Below, one piece after another: positions 40,301-54,124 of a stretch of 64,000 nucleotides of DNA. The stretch covers positions 2,294,001-2,358,000 of the forward strand of contig NC_092671.1 of NCBI RefSeq assembly GCF_964355755.1, in the 5' to 3' direction. The notes below the pieces were generated by a model that had not been told where the DNA came from, searched no databases, and was given only the letters and a program-made list of their open reading frames with translations. Position numbers and translations under genes: made by a program. This stretch comes from Antedon mediterranea (Eukaryota > Animalia > Echinodermata). The first letter of the stretch is position 1. Each line of letters opens with the position of its first letter.

Positions 40301-43300
40301 CCTCCACCAGCAGAGACATCAGCAATGGTTGCCGCAGTTGGATACATTCCTGTGCTTGATGGTGCATGGACAGGTGATGCAGGTAAACCTTGAGATGTCT
40401 TGGGTTTCCAGAAGTCTGATAGTTTCGGGCCAGCTGGTCCTGGTTCAGACTGCTTAGGTAATGGATTCCTCTGAGGACCTGAAAGATGGTAAAAGTAATT
40501 GTATTTATCTGTTGATTACGATGTTTAAATAAACAATATTACTGTAAGACTGTACTGTAATGACTGAGTGTAGTACCAGAAGGTCTGGGTACAAAATTTG
40601 GTGAAAGTTAGGGTGGATTATACACAGATTGCATTAATCATGGCATTGACCGAAGTCTTGTGTTCATATTTAGGCTAAATTAGGGGTTGGGACTACACTT
40701 GTTCATATACAGTAATAATAAAATGATCGAACAAGGGACAGATGTAATAACCACAATTAGAAAGTTACTCACTTGGTTTAGGTCTAAACCTAGCAATCTG
40801 TCTATTTCTAAGTTACTCACTTGGTTTAGGTCTAAACCTAGCAATCTGTCTATTTCTAAGTTACTCACTTGGTTTAGGTCTAAACCTAGCAATCTGTCTA
40901 TTTCTAAGTTACTCACTTGGTTTAGGTCTAAACCTAGCAATCTGTCTATTTCTAAGTTACTCACTTGGTTTAGGTCTAAACCTAGCAATCTGTCTATTTC
41001 TAAGCTCTTGTCTTTCCTTCACAAGGTCTGTGCAGTTTGTATGTATTTTCATAATTCCTATCTGCAGTTTCTTGTAAAAATCAATTCCTTTGCGTGACTT
41101 GGCAAGAAGATCATCGTAGACTGTGTATGACATCACCAGCTCTTGAATTTTATCTTCCCTTCTAATAATTGGTAAAATTGAAATAAATTGCGTAAAATAT
41201 TGCATGTACGTGGGCTTCTGGCTTGCGAGCTATAAAACTTCACTGTCTCTTTAGAAGCCCCAGACGTTTTGTCTGAATGAAATGTAGTTGTAACATGTTG
41301 GTTAAACTCAAATTAAAAAACAAAATCATTAACACCTTAAAAATCAGTAAAATGTTTTTTTTTTTTATCTAAGATCACTTTTTTCTGTTACCTTTGAGCT
41401 ATATCAGCAGACATTTTTCTTGTATCAGCATATCTTGCATTGGCTTCTGTCACTGCCTTCAGAATGTTATCTTGTGCTGACAAATTCTGCTCAATGTAGG
41501 TGACAGTGGATTGATGTTTTGCTAATTCTTCTTCAAAGAATTTCTGCAATTTACATTGAAAATTTACTAAAATATTCCTTATATAACTCACTAAAATATA
41601 TGCATTATTAAATAGATTTCGATCCAAGTCGGCCCTAAACCGTCTCAGCCAAAGTCAAGTCGGCCCCAAGTCAAGTCGGCCCCAAGTCAACTCGGCCTCA
41701 AGTCAACTCGGCCTCACGTCAACTCGGCCAAAAAATAATCGGTCAACTCGGCCCCGTTAAAGTATGGAATGCAAAAGGTGCAAAGGAAGGGGATTGATAA
41801 AATAATATTTCTTCACATTTTATTACCTATGAATAATTCTGACTTTTAATGAATATTAATATTTAGACAATAATACTTTTAGCAAAAAAAAAAAAGAAGG
41901 ATTTCACGAATTTTTCTTTATTTACGTTTAATAAAATTTCAAATTGCACAAATTGTTCTGAAATTGCGCATAACAAACAATTGATTAATAAGCTAGCATT
42001 CATACTATTATTAATGATTACAATATGAACATTTGGATAATAAATAGGAACACATTGTAGGCATACACCCAATATTATTCAACCTGTTAGTGACGGTTTC
42101 ATCGCTGTTGGTTGACAACTGAATAAAAAAAAATAAATAAAAAATATGATGATGCACGTACGTGGGCGCGTATGTTCGTTCGTGCGTCAAAATTCAATAA
42201 ACATGTCCGATATGCGAGGACATATATTAGGTGTAATAAGATTGTTTGGTTGGATTGTTTGGTTGAATCATTGAGGTATTAATTAATGTTAACTCTATGG
42301 TTGAATCACGCGTAGATTTCTTCAGTGTATGCATTTAATTTGATTAGGCGACAACATCTGAAACCAATTCGTAGCTGCGCCTCCCTGTGCCTTTGGCAGC
42401 TATTTCGATATCTACAACTGCTACATGTTTTCGCTGATCGGGGGTTTCCCCTTTTTTAAAAACGCAAATCATGGACAAAAACGATATGTACAGTACGATC
42501 ATTTTTCTATGGCCAAATGGTGGAACCATGGAGCTATAATATCTCCATGATGGTCTTCGATTTACTAAAATGTGGTACCTGCACGTGTTTTTGTAAAACG
42601 CGGGTACTTCTATTCATATCGGCAATGATATCATTTTTTTATTTTCTTATTTCTTAATTTTTTTTAAAGAGTGGATAGTAATAATCATAATAATATTAAG
42701 CACTTTTTGCGTTCCATACTTTATTGTGGCCTAGTTGACCGATTAGTTTTTGGCCGAGTTGACGTGAGGCAGAGTTGACTTGAGGCCGAGTTGACTTGGG
42801 GCCGACTTGACGTGGAGGCGACTTGACTTTGGCCGAGACGGTTTGGGGCCGACTTGACCTGCACCCATTAAATATTATGCATATAAAAAATATGATTAAA
42901 AAACAGAAGATAACAATTGGATCAAACTGGTTCTATCTGGTGAATGTAACCAGCCATTCTGGTTAAAACCAGATTTTTCTGGTAACCAGATGCTAAAGGT
43001 GTATTACACATTACTATATTTTGGTTAACTGGGTGGTAAATCTTACTGAATATATAATAACAATAGACAATATTATTGATATCTTTATTAGCCTTGATGA
43101 AGGAATAGTGTTTTCCAAAAGCTCAGCACTTTCTTTCTGGCTGTTTTATTTTACTATTTTTACTTAGCTTATTTTATTTTATTTGTATCTCAATAGATGA
43201 TTTTCGTGCTACGAAAGCCATCTTTAACAGATGAAAAACAGGCGAATGTAAAAAACAAAACCCACATAGCATTTTCACAGGATTTATTTTCTTTAAAAAA

Positions 43301-46300
43301 AATTAAAGTAGTTTGTACCTTCCTATCTCCTTCATCCTTGGTTACTATGGTACTTGTGATGTCATCGTTCTGTAACTTTTCTCTTAGCTGTTTTTCAAGA
43401 TGTTTACGTTGATTTTTCATTTTTTCTACTTTCTCAATCAGCATTTTGAGTGTATCTTGAACACCTTGATCTTCAGGTGCTAACATTTAACAAAATCATA
43501 TACGTCACTTTGAGGTATGAGTATACCATAGTATGTTAATAATTTTAATTTATAAACTGTACAATATAAACAATTGTGCAAAAGAGTAACCTGACACTCA
43601 CTAGAGGGACGTATACCCACTCTCAAGAGCTTCACACAGATGAAGTTCAAGTTGCAACCTGGTTCTCTTTTATACGGCAAGCGCTATATTTCCTTTTTTT
43701 CAAAGAATGACTTAAAGGATAGTAGTTCTATAGTCTGACATGACATCAATATGACAGCGATATGGACAAGCATGTAGGACTTTATGCATTTTAGATTTTA
43801 ATACTAGATACCTTAAGCTCTATGTGCAATATGAAATGTATAAGGATTCACTTAGGGACCATGTAAAAATTACTCTACTGCAGTTACTGCAGTAAATAAA
43901 TTTTGTTGACAGATTATGCAAGTATTTAGTAAGCTTTTATGCCTAATCATACACACTGTATATTGCAGTGACTGCCTCATAAACTTCTATATGACAGCTA
44001 TATGGACAAGCATGTAAGACAGTATTTAGTAAGCTTTTCTGCCTAATCATACACACTGTATATCGCAGTATTTGCCTCATAAACTTCTATATTGAAACAA
44101 ACTAAAATCATACATTCTTGCAAATACAGTTACTGCAGTAAATGCATTAGAATCATTTTGTCATACATTCTTGCAAATATAGTTACTGCAGTAAATGCAT
44201 TAGAATCATTTTGTCATACATTCTTGCAAATATAGTTACTGCAGTAAATGCATTAGAATCATTTTGTCATACATTCTTGCAAATATAGTTACTGCAGTAA
44301 ATGCATTAGAATCATTTTGTCATACATTCTTGCAAATATAGTTACTGCAGTAAATGCATTAGAATCATTTTGTCATACATTCTTGCAAATATAGTTACTG
44401 CAGTAAATGCATTAGAATCATTTTGTCATGATCCCTTACTGTACTAGACGAATATTTATAGTTCACTTACATTCTGTTGCTTTTTGTGATGGCAGAATTT
44501 CTTGAAGCTTTTCTAATGGACCGGCCAACAACCTAATGTTAGCCAGGTGGACCTCCATTGCTTTATGCAAATCAGTGTTAGATTGACTAGCCTTTGTATG
44601 TCCCTCTTTATATTTCTTAAGTTCCTTTCCTATATCTTTCACTACAAATTCAGGTTTGCTACTGAATTCTTTCTGTAAAAGAATTACAAATATATATTGG
44701 AAATAATAACAAACAATATACAAATTACTATACAGATCCCTCTACAGATAATGAAGGGTTTAGAATGCATTCTAACAGCATGTGTGATGGATGATTCCAT
44801 TTTATTTTAAGGTGTGTTTTAATAAACATGAACTAATTGGGAAAGGACATTATCCTCTTTGTCCAGGTAAGGGGCAAAATTATTTGCACAGCATTTTGTT
44901 TGGATGATTCTATCATAATTCAAGGGGTATTTACAATAAATAACAATAGACTTTAGCATCTAGGTAAAGGGCATTATCCTATTTGTCCAAGTGAGTGGGC
45001 AACATACCTACACTACAGTGATAATTATTAATTTTTTTAAATATTTATTTGCACGGTATTTTGTAAGGAAGATTATATCATACTTTAAGGGGTATTTACA
45101 ATAAACTCGAGCAACTAGGTAAAGGGCATTATCTTTTTTGTTCAGGTGAGTTGGCAGCATACTTACACTATATGATTCCTCATCTTGTTTTTCTTGATTT
45201 ACAATAGCTTCTACTTCTTTGAGTTCCGCATCAACATCCAGTACAACGTTTGAAAGCTCTAGAATAAGTTGCCATAAAAATAAGAGGCTATTATTAAATT
45301 GGGTTTCAAATGTGCTTAAATTACATACCTGTACATAAACAAAAATTATAACATCTCTTTCTTTTAATTAAATAAGGAGATTGGGAACTTGTTATATAAT
45401 ATCTTTAATATTATTAATGACAGAAATTAACTTGTTCTCACCATTCATGGATTGTACAAGAGACTTGATAGCATCTGGTTTGACGCTGATGGCAGCGCAC
45501 ACTTCCAGAAGAACCTGCGGTAGTCTTTCTGGTTCCTTCTGTAATCGTAGCTGGTCAACTTGTAAGGACTCAAGATATTGGCTGGAGAAGGATATTATAC
45601 CGTAAAACCATGAATTTTAATTAAAAAAAATGTTAATATAATTCTTTTTTCACTTTTACTCCTGAGGATGATCGAAACATATAAATAGAAACGTCCAGAA
45701 ACTCAACAGTTCTTTTCATAACTACATACTTGGTCTACCGCAAAGTTTATATCAACATATTATATACGTCATCTTTTTTCATAGAATACTGTTGTAAATT
45801 GCATATGTTTGTGAACTCAAAAATTCAATCGTAAGAGGTAAAACCTCGAACCTAATGCTCCATTTAAGCCGATTTACACAGACAAGCGGTAACGGTAATA
45901 GAAATATAGAATCTATCTTATTCCTTATGACCATTTACACACAACATGGAGTGGACGGGCGGTTTTCCCTTTAGATACAGATTCTATGTGGAACAAGCTA
46001 GGCGGTTTTCTGCTTACCATTACCGGTTGTAGATTAACAAAAGACGCAATAACCTTTCTATGAAAAGATATTCAGTTTTAAGGATTTAGTTATAAATAAA
46101 CACATTAAAAATATATTGATTAATTAATGAAAAAAAATTAAATAACATACTCTAACTGGTTGTTTTTTCCTTCAATCTTAGCACCTAACTCTCTAAGTAA
46201 TTTAGCCTTTTCTTCGCTGTATACCGACGCCGCTGCATGGGCTTCCATTGGAACAAGCTTCTTAAATATATCAGGTCCTGCAACCGTCTCGTCGTATGCT

Positions 46301-49300
46301 TGAAATGTCAATGCTTTCACAAGCGATGCACCTGAAATTGATTAAATATAAATGAAAAGTTTAGAATTAAGCTTTCTCTACACTATAAAACTAGTTTTAC
46401 AAAAAAAGTGATTTGCCCAAATATGGTAGTGATATGCCCAAATATAGTAGTGATATTACATCATCATGTCCATATATGGGCACATCACATTTTTTGTCAC
46501 ATAAAGTTTATAGTGTAGACAGAGCTGTAAAGTGTCTCCTGAATAGGGATGTCCGAAATGATGGGTTCTACTGTATATTGATACTAGATACATACAATGC
46601 CAATAAAGAGAAATTCTAATTTTTTTTGGTTTGAATAGACAACGCTCTAATACGAATCATTAACATTTTAACATGATTACCTTTAATATCTGGAAGACTT
46701 TCTATATCTGGTATTTTATCATGATAAATAAAATCATTGTCTTTTTTGGCAGCCTCATGTTTCCCTACAACCACATCTTTAGTAAATACCAAAGCTTCTG
46801 CTATTCCTTCTTTTTGCCCCTAAAACAGAAGATTTTAATATAATTCATTCATTCCTAGATTTTAATATAAATGATTCACTCTTACTCCTGAGGACGATCA
46901 AAGCACATTGATAGAAACGAAACAGTTCTTTTCATAACTACATACATGGTGTAAACGCAAAGTTTATATCAACATATTATATACTTCATTTTTTTTACAG
47001 AATACTGTTGTAAATTGCATATGTATATGTGTGTGAATTCAGTTGTAAGATTCACATTTATGAACTTTGGATTGGACCACTAAAATTTACAAGGCAACAG
47101 ACAATAATGAACCTGCTTACAAACCACTTTAGAAAGTGGGTAGTCGGGGGAACTATCACAACGCAGGAAGCGAGTTAAATACTGTAGAATTCTCATTTGG
47201 GACACCTTATTAAAGCAACACTTTCACATGAAAAGAACAAAGAGAAATAATGTTTTAACACTATGGCCACTACTGAGGGGATACTTCTACTATGAAAAGG
47301 GTATAAAGGTGTCCCCTTAATGGGGGGTCTATTGTATCTCCTGCCTGATGTAGATAAGTGAAGACAAACTACCTTTGCTAGTTTAACAGCTTCTGAATGC
47401 TTATCCAGCGCCGCCTTCATGTAAGCCACTCTGTCTCCGTATTTCTGTTGTTCTTCTGCTTGGTTGCCCATGTACATCTTAACATACAAAACAAAGTGTG
47501 ATAAGAGCATTGCTACAGTACGCACGAAAATTATAGAAGTTTTAGAGAATTTGAAGATTTGGGAGATGAAAGTAAACTTACATAAGCAATACTAGTGAAG
47601 TGAGCTATCTTAATTTGCAGTACTTTCTTCCACTGTTTATAGCGCCGTGATCCAACAATGATATCGGCTCTACTATCATCTAGACCTTTAAGGGCTAGTT
47701 TGTAGAAATCTTTTACTTGGCTACTAATTCGGGCTACTAACGAACTCTTTCTGTTATCTTGCATACTCTTCTCCAACAGACACTCTTGTGCCTGGCCCTG
47801 GAAATATATTGATTATTTTATTTTAAAAATGAGTCTGATAGTTTTAAATCAGTTATGAATACAGATGCTGAGAATATAATTAAATAATTAAAGATGATGG
47901 CTTATAAACTAAACATAAAGCTCTGTCTGCAGTATCAAACTTTATGTTATGATGTGCCCATATATGGGCATAATGATGTCATATCACTACTATATTTTGG
48001 GCATATCACTACTATATTTGTGCATATCACCACCATATTTGGGCACATCACACTTTTTTTTTTTCAAACTAGTTTGATAGTGTAGTGTACAGATTAGGTG
48101 GGTCCAGGCAAGCAATTTGACCATCGCACATACAAATATGTTACAAATAGTCAATAATTTATTGTAATGTTCCAACTATGAATTCTTGCCTGCAAGTTTA
48201 AAAATTCATGAATACTCTCAAACATTCTCAAATGTATCATATCATTAAAACAATTTCTTAAATAATCATTTTAATACTGACAAGTACAATTGTAATGAAA
48301 AACAAAATGTTTTAAAGCTATGTCTACACTATCACTTGTATTTATTCAAAAAAATGTGATGTACTCATATATGGACATGAAGATGTAAAATCTCTTCCAT
48401 ATTTGGGCACATCGCTATCATATTTGGGCACATCACTACCATGTTTAGGCACACCAAATTTTTTGGTAAAACTAGTTTGATAGTGTAGCTTACAACTTAC
48501 AAGCATAAGGTTAATGTAAATTTGTAGAAGTTCCATTGATATATCAGGACTCTTATTTGATCCCACATGGTCCTTGAGGAAAGAGAACACGCCAGCAGCA
48601 CACTGAAAGTGAGTGCACGCTACTTTCATCTCTTCTTCTGACGTACGCGATTCTCTTGCTCCAAGAATGGCATGCAAAGTGCCGAGGTTGTACAATATGG
48701 ACGCTTGCTCAAAATGAATATCGCCCTCTGTCACAAATGTTTCGTCAAATGCATCCACCCTGTAAGTACATCACAATAAAATTAAGTGAACATCCGATCC
48801 TTTATTTATCAAAGTATTTTTATTTTAAAATGGAATGTTGCATTACATTTTATTTTTTTTAAAAGGGCCCTTGAATATCAGTTAACCCACTGGGCTAAAC
48901 TGGAAGGGTTAACCTTTTTAAAGATGGTTAAAATAAAAAATGGACTTTGTCATCAAAGATGCATGAAAAAAGCAAGTCTTTTGGTGTAAGTGCACTTATA
49001 TGTGTACTTTCTCTGAACTGACCATACAAACTGAATAAAGCTAGGCTCTCCTTCGGCCATTGGGAAGCGACTGGTCAACAAGTGCAGTTGACCATAGTAT
49101 TTCTTCAAAGTACTTAAACCACCAAAATCTTGTGCAACATTGCTAGCACTCTGAAAAAGATATAATAATTTCTATTATTTATAGTAATCCATTACAAAAA
49201 AGTGGGGATATTCTGGTATAAGAGAGGATATGAAATAAAAAATTATTATTAAGTGTCATAAAGAAAACAATGTGATTTAAAATTTGGCCTCAGAAATTCA

Positions 49301-50936
49301 CAGAAAAATATTATCATAAATTTAATTTGTTTAAATTTATACATCTTTATCTGTGCCAACTATTTTATTTACATTTTCAGTGAAAACATTGATGCTCTGT
49401 TCAACCAGATTATTCAGACGATCACTAATAGGTTACTTCCTCTGACATGACAGATATTCATCCTGTTATTTTCACTCTTTTTTAAAAACTAAATATCTAC
49501 GTTCTAACAATATCAAAGTGATTAGGTCAAGATTGCCACAATTTTTCACCAGTGAAAATGTAAACATCTATTAGTTTACTGATTGCTTGTAATTAGGCCT
49601 TGCACTCCATCCAGGTTAGCCTAGCGCAACCAACCAATAAGGTTTGCTGTCGTTAAATTGTATCATCCTCTTACCGATCTCAGCTGCTCAATTTGTCGGA
49701 TTTCATCGTTATATCGACTCGCATCTTCCATGTAATGTTCACTTATATACTGAGAAAAAAGAAAACACATTTTTTTCTTAAATACTGAAAAAACTCACAG
49801 AACAATTATCAAAATCCAAAACAAAAAATTCAATATATATTATATATATATATATATATTATTTAGTATTCAAAATGATAAGCAATTGTTTCTGAATCAC
49901 AGAAGCAGACAGGATGTCAACTCAACCGAATAAATCGTAACCATTCTCAAATGCAGCAGATAGGATCAAAAGCTGGGCTACTGTGTGGTGCTCTATACAG
50001 AACATCAACTTGGTTTTATCAAACGCAACTGATATCATCATAAACCGGGTTTGCCCTATGTTGGTATATTTAAAGTCCTAAAACCATGTAAAGTTGCAAA
50101 TTCAAAGTCGATCTTAAACTTATTTATATATCTCAATATCTTTTATTGAAATTCAACAAACATATAAAAATACAAAACAAAAAAATTGAAAATTATTAAA
50201 TATTATTTAATTGCAAATGCATTGCAACCCAAGGAGCTGAATTGCAGTAATATTATTATTAAATAATGAAAGATTTTGAAACAAAACACATAAACCCAAA
50301 CGAACACACAAACATTTTATAGATGAGCTGTACTGTACAGACAGGGTGGGGCATCAAATGATTGGAACAAATTATATTACAATCATAGATTGAGAATATA
50401 TGGTCTGCCCACCACTTTTATTAAAGCACCATCCGTAATATATTTCAGAAGACTTTTTGCAAAAATGAAAGGCCTAGCTAGCTAGGCCTAGCCTATCTAA
50501 TTTGTATGAAGGAAGGTAACAAATAAAGGTAGGATCAGGCCTACTACTAGGCCTAGTAGGCTTAGCACAACATGTGACGGAGCTGTAATAGTTATAATAG
50601 CTAGTTTAGAGCTAGGCCTGTGCCTTTTTGCAATGTCATTTATCAGTTTATAGAGACTAGGCCTAGGCCTAGAGGCTAGCCTAAGAACTTTATTCCCCCC
50701 GGGTAGGAGTCAAAATATAAACAAAAACATAGCAATTCAGTTGGCAGGTCAGCAATTTGATTTCAATAAAATGGCATTTAACGGTGAACTAAACAATTAA
50801 TATTTAACTGGAGTAAAGAAAAATGTATAAAAAATGTACCTATACCAACCTTTTTTAAAACTGATGAAAATTCAACCTTTTCTGAACTTTGTTTTAGCTC
50901 TAAAAAGAGCATTTCCATTCGGGGAACTGCCTCCAT
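34340..50936 (-). CDS. PTPN23: Tyrosine-protein phosphatase non-receptor type 23 (HD-PTP; Bro1 - V domain - Pro/Gln-rich region - PTP-like domain)
   Basis: Starts MEAVPRMEMLFLELK (50936). Bro1 exons include FEQASILYNLG and HEAAKKDNDFIYHD; V-domain exons include GPDIFKKLVPMEAH and GIDFYKKL; one ~2.45-kb P/Q-rich exon (38032-40478); PTP exons KNRY, DYINAS, WPE, VHCNGGVGRTG; terminal exon ends DPLSLLDPMW...*. Confidence 0.96.
35368..35948. repeat. 58-bp tandem minisatellite x10 in the last PTPN23 intron
   Basis: ttctaattttagataggtgatatattacatgaaatctctatgagatggccaatttaaa, near-identical copies. Confidence 0.95.
40762..41004 (-). repeat. 48-bp tandem repeat x5 made of a PTPN23 exon 3' end plus its splice donor
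   Basis: Minus-strand unit CTTAGAAATAGACAGATTGCTAGGTTTAGACCTAAACCAA|GTGAGTAA; donors at 40964, 40916, 40868, 40820 and 40772. Confidence 0.92.
41615..42866. mobile_element. Non-autonomous DNA transposon with repeat-rich long TIRs (MULE-like), 8-bp TSD
   Basis: Arrays of aagtcaa(g/c)tcggcc at the left are mirrored by ggccga(g/c)ttgactt at the right; TSD ATTAAATA at 41607-41614 and 42867-42874. Confidence 0.85.
44108..44428. repeat. 53-bp tandem repeat x6 in a PTPN23 intron
   Basis: tcatacattcttgcaaatatagttactgcagtaaatgcattagaatcattttg; contains the palindrome TTACTGCAGTAA. Confidence 0.95.
45652..45810 (+). mobile_element. Penelope-like pLTR remnant, copy A
   Basis: ctgaggatgatc...gaaacgtc motif typical of PLE termini; a highly similar second copy lies at ~46878-47023. 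Confidence 0.55.
46878..47023 (+). mobile_element. Penelope-like pLTR remnant, copy B
   Basis: Shares ctcctgagga...gaaacg...cagttcttttcataactacatac...gcaaagtttatatcaacatattatatac with 45652-45810. Confidence 0.55.
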
Positions 50937-52545
50937 TTTGGGTACGATGACGTCATTCTGTCACAAGGAAATCCTTCACCACAATTGACATTCGCCCTCT
51001 ATCAAGCATTAACTTTGATCTGTATACTGTGTATATATATAGTGATCGTTTGTCTGTTTTGAATCAATAACCTATTTAAAAAAAAAAATTATGTAAAATT
51101 GTGTTTTCAGCCAAACGCGTGCATGTAACAATGGTTATGGTCTAAAAATAAATTTTTACAATGTTTATGATTCATATTTGTATCACCATCGATCTAGACC
51201 TATATAACATATTAAAATACTATGTACAGTAGGCCTAATGTTGAGCATTGATTGGCTAATAATGGATCTTATTGTAAGCACACTGTGTAGTGAGCTAAAT
51301 GATATGTTTATAGTTTTATACGGTACACATATATTTAACATATACCTGTAATTGAAAAAATGAGAGGAATTGATTTTGATTTGTCCGTCCCGTATACAAT
51401 AAGGACGGAATATCTTGTGTTCGATAGAGCTCAAAATCAAATACAGTCAACATACCCTTTTATTAGTTAATAGTTACGCACCCTGCGTAAAGACGACGAC
51501 CGACGGTATCTCTCTCCCCGATCCCTCCCCTATCTCGTGGTCCTTCTGAATCATTTGGCTCTGGTGATACAGCATAAGCCTAGCCTTCCTAGCTATAGGG
51601 GCCTCGCATTCAAACGCCGCTTTCAACAGCTATTTTAACCTAATAAAAATGTTATTTCATTAAACAATTAAATTAGAAGTTCAAATATTATTTAGAGTTT
51701 TGAAAATTCCACGTTTAAGTGTAATTTGAACTGAATATTTAAGGTTAATTAATATACATTATTTCTAGTCGTCATCAAAAAATAAAGACAACGGAATTTC
51801 ATGCTAAGATCCGCCCACTTTGACCACCGTTCTGTGGCTTCCCGTCGTGTTAATTGTTTGCCAAGCAACCCCATTAGACTAGGCTATGAATGAGGTAGGT
51901 GCCACCCGGAGAGGTAGAAATTCTCATATGACTTTTCTAGACCAGTTTTTTCTGGGGAATCCAAATATATTGGGTAAACGGGCTGTAACCTGAGAACTTT
52001 CGCGTGAGGGCGCTTTTTTCAAAATGGCTGCCAGTTACAGTAGACTATGATATCTTGGCAACCACTGGTCATAGAGAGGTGATTTTGGTGTCAAATTATT
52101 CGGAATGTACATGTTCCTATTTGATGTAATAGAACATTTTGTCAGAAAATGGCCGGAAATACCTCTATTGACCTTTGACCCAATATCTAACAGATATCAT
52201 ATCTCCGTAACTACTCGACACAGAAAGTTGTAATTGGTGTCAAACTCTCCAGAATATAGATGTTTATATTCAGACTAATAGAAAATTATCTGTAAAAATG
52301 ACCGGAAATAACGTTACTGACCTTTGACCCAAAATGCAAGACATTTCTCCCATCTGATCACGTTAATCTTGTCAATTAATTCATTTTGTGCCAATTGGAG
52401 GTTGACATTCTCATATTATTTTCTTGACCAGTTTTTCATGTGCAATCCGAATATATGAGATAAATAAGCCATAACAAGGCCAAGAATTTAATTCTTTTAC
52501 TACATACATGCTTCCCTTTAGTGTTTCAGACTGTATGTCGTGTAT

Positions 52546-54090
52546 TAATCTTCAAGATCGCTCACATCACTGCAATCTGAAAAGTCTTCATATTCATTAT
52601 GTGTAAACAGTTCCTGGACATCAGTGGGCATTACTGTCTCAATCCATTTAGGCTCCATTTGTTCGTTCCATCCATTGTGTGTACTGTTGTTGACAAAATC
52701 ATTGAATTTCACAGAATTTCTATGTTTTTCCTAAAACAAATGATAATAAATGATATTTGACTTGACTTGACTTGACGTCTGCTGATTGCCATTCTTTAGT
52801 AATGAAGTGTGCTCTAAGTATATGAAACTCAAGGGTCTGCTGACATAGTGGCAGTAATTATAATTTTTATATCTGTAATCTTGTTGTGTCTGGAAAACTT
52901 TCTGTTGAAGATATCATATCTTGCTTGATTTACACTTTTTCCCTTCACTCCATACAATAGTGAAACATACTCTTCAAATTCCTCATACAACTCTTTTGAT
53001 GGAACATCTGACACTCCAAGGTTGCAGAATGTGTCAACAAATTTTGCTTTTGATTCCAGAAGCTTCCAGCAGGTACGTTTTCCTTTCCGAAAGAAAGCGG
53101 AGTTATAATCGTTACTTGTGAAAGCATGGAATCCAATAAGGGATGATTTCTGCGCTTTTGTTAAATCAATGTCACTCAATTTCAGTACCTTTCGGTATTT
53201 CTCAGTGTTTGTATCAATAATTACCCTCTGCCCATCATCTATGAAATGAGATAGTGCAATGACTGGAATATCAATGTCTCAAGAATGGGAACGAATTATT
53301 GCTACGCCTTGATTGTTATTTGTTAAAGCATGCTTTGCATGCAGGATGACTTTCGTGTAGGCTTCTTCTTCCGGCTACTATTAAGCTCCGGAACCAATAC
53401 AACATCTCAGTTAGTAACGTAGATGTATTCTTTGTACGATGAAAAGTAGATAATATCACTCCTCATATCTGTTAGAATGCTTTCTTTCTTTGACACTAGT
53501 ACACAGCGAATAAGCTCAATCAATCTGGTCTTGTTCTCGCCGTTATTGGCAAGGAAATTGTTGAAATCACGGGCCAACTTTGATATTGTTGAGCTTACAA
53601 TTACTTTTGGTGCAATACCGCGTATGTTTCTCTCAACAGACTTAATGCTTTTTGGCAGGTATGCATCGGTAACAATATCAACACGCTTGTATCCTTTAGG
53701 GATGCTGTTGAAAACCTTTGCTACAAGATCCTCGTACGTATCAGGGTAAGATGTAAATGTTCTGATTAATGCCATCAAGTCAACAACATAGGCAATGACA
53801 GTAGCCTTTGCTGGCAGTGCCCGACCAGGATCTATAACATCTGTTGAACTTTCGATGAGAATTTCCATTAGGACACTTTTCTGAGTTGTTCGTCTTGTCC
53901 CATCTGCATTAGCAAGGCTTAGCGGGACAGGGGTAAGTGGATACTCAAAGGCTTTCTTAAAGTCAATTATTCTACCATGCTTTGTTGAAGTGGCAAGAAG
54001 CTTTCCTAAAACATCCCGATTAGCTTATATTACTCTTACTTTCCCATTTGCCTTGATTTCGAGTTTCTTCCCACTATTCGAAAATAAAGT
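52546..54090 (-). pseudogene. Disrupted transposase/XPG-like nuclease C-terminal region (left arm)
   Basis: ORF fragments 53407-53868 and 52829-53179, upstream YPLTPVPLSLANADGTRR, with stops and frameshifts. Confidence 0.8.
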
Positions 54091-54124
54091 GAGATGATGT
54101 TATGGATCCTGGTCGAGCACTGCG

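Noticed and set aside
40680-41097. Repetitive ORFs on both strands
   Set aside because: Alternative frames of the 48-bp exon/donor duplication.
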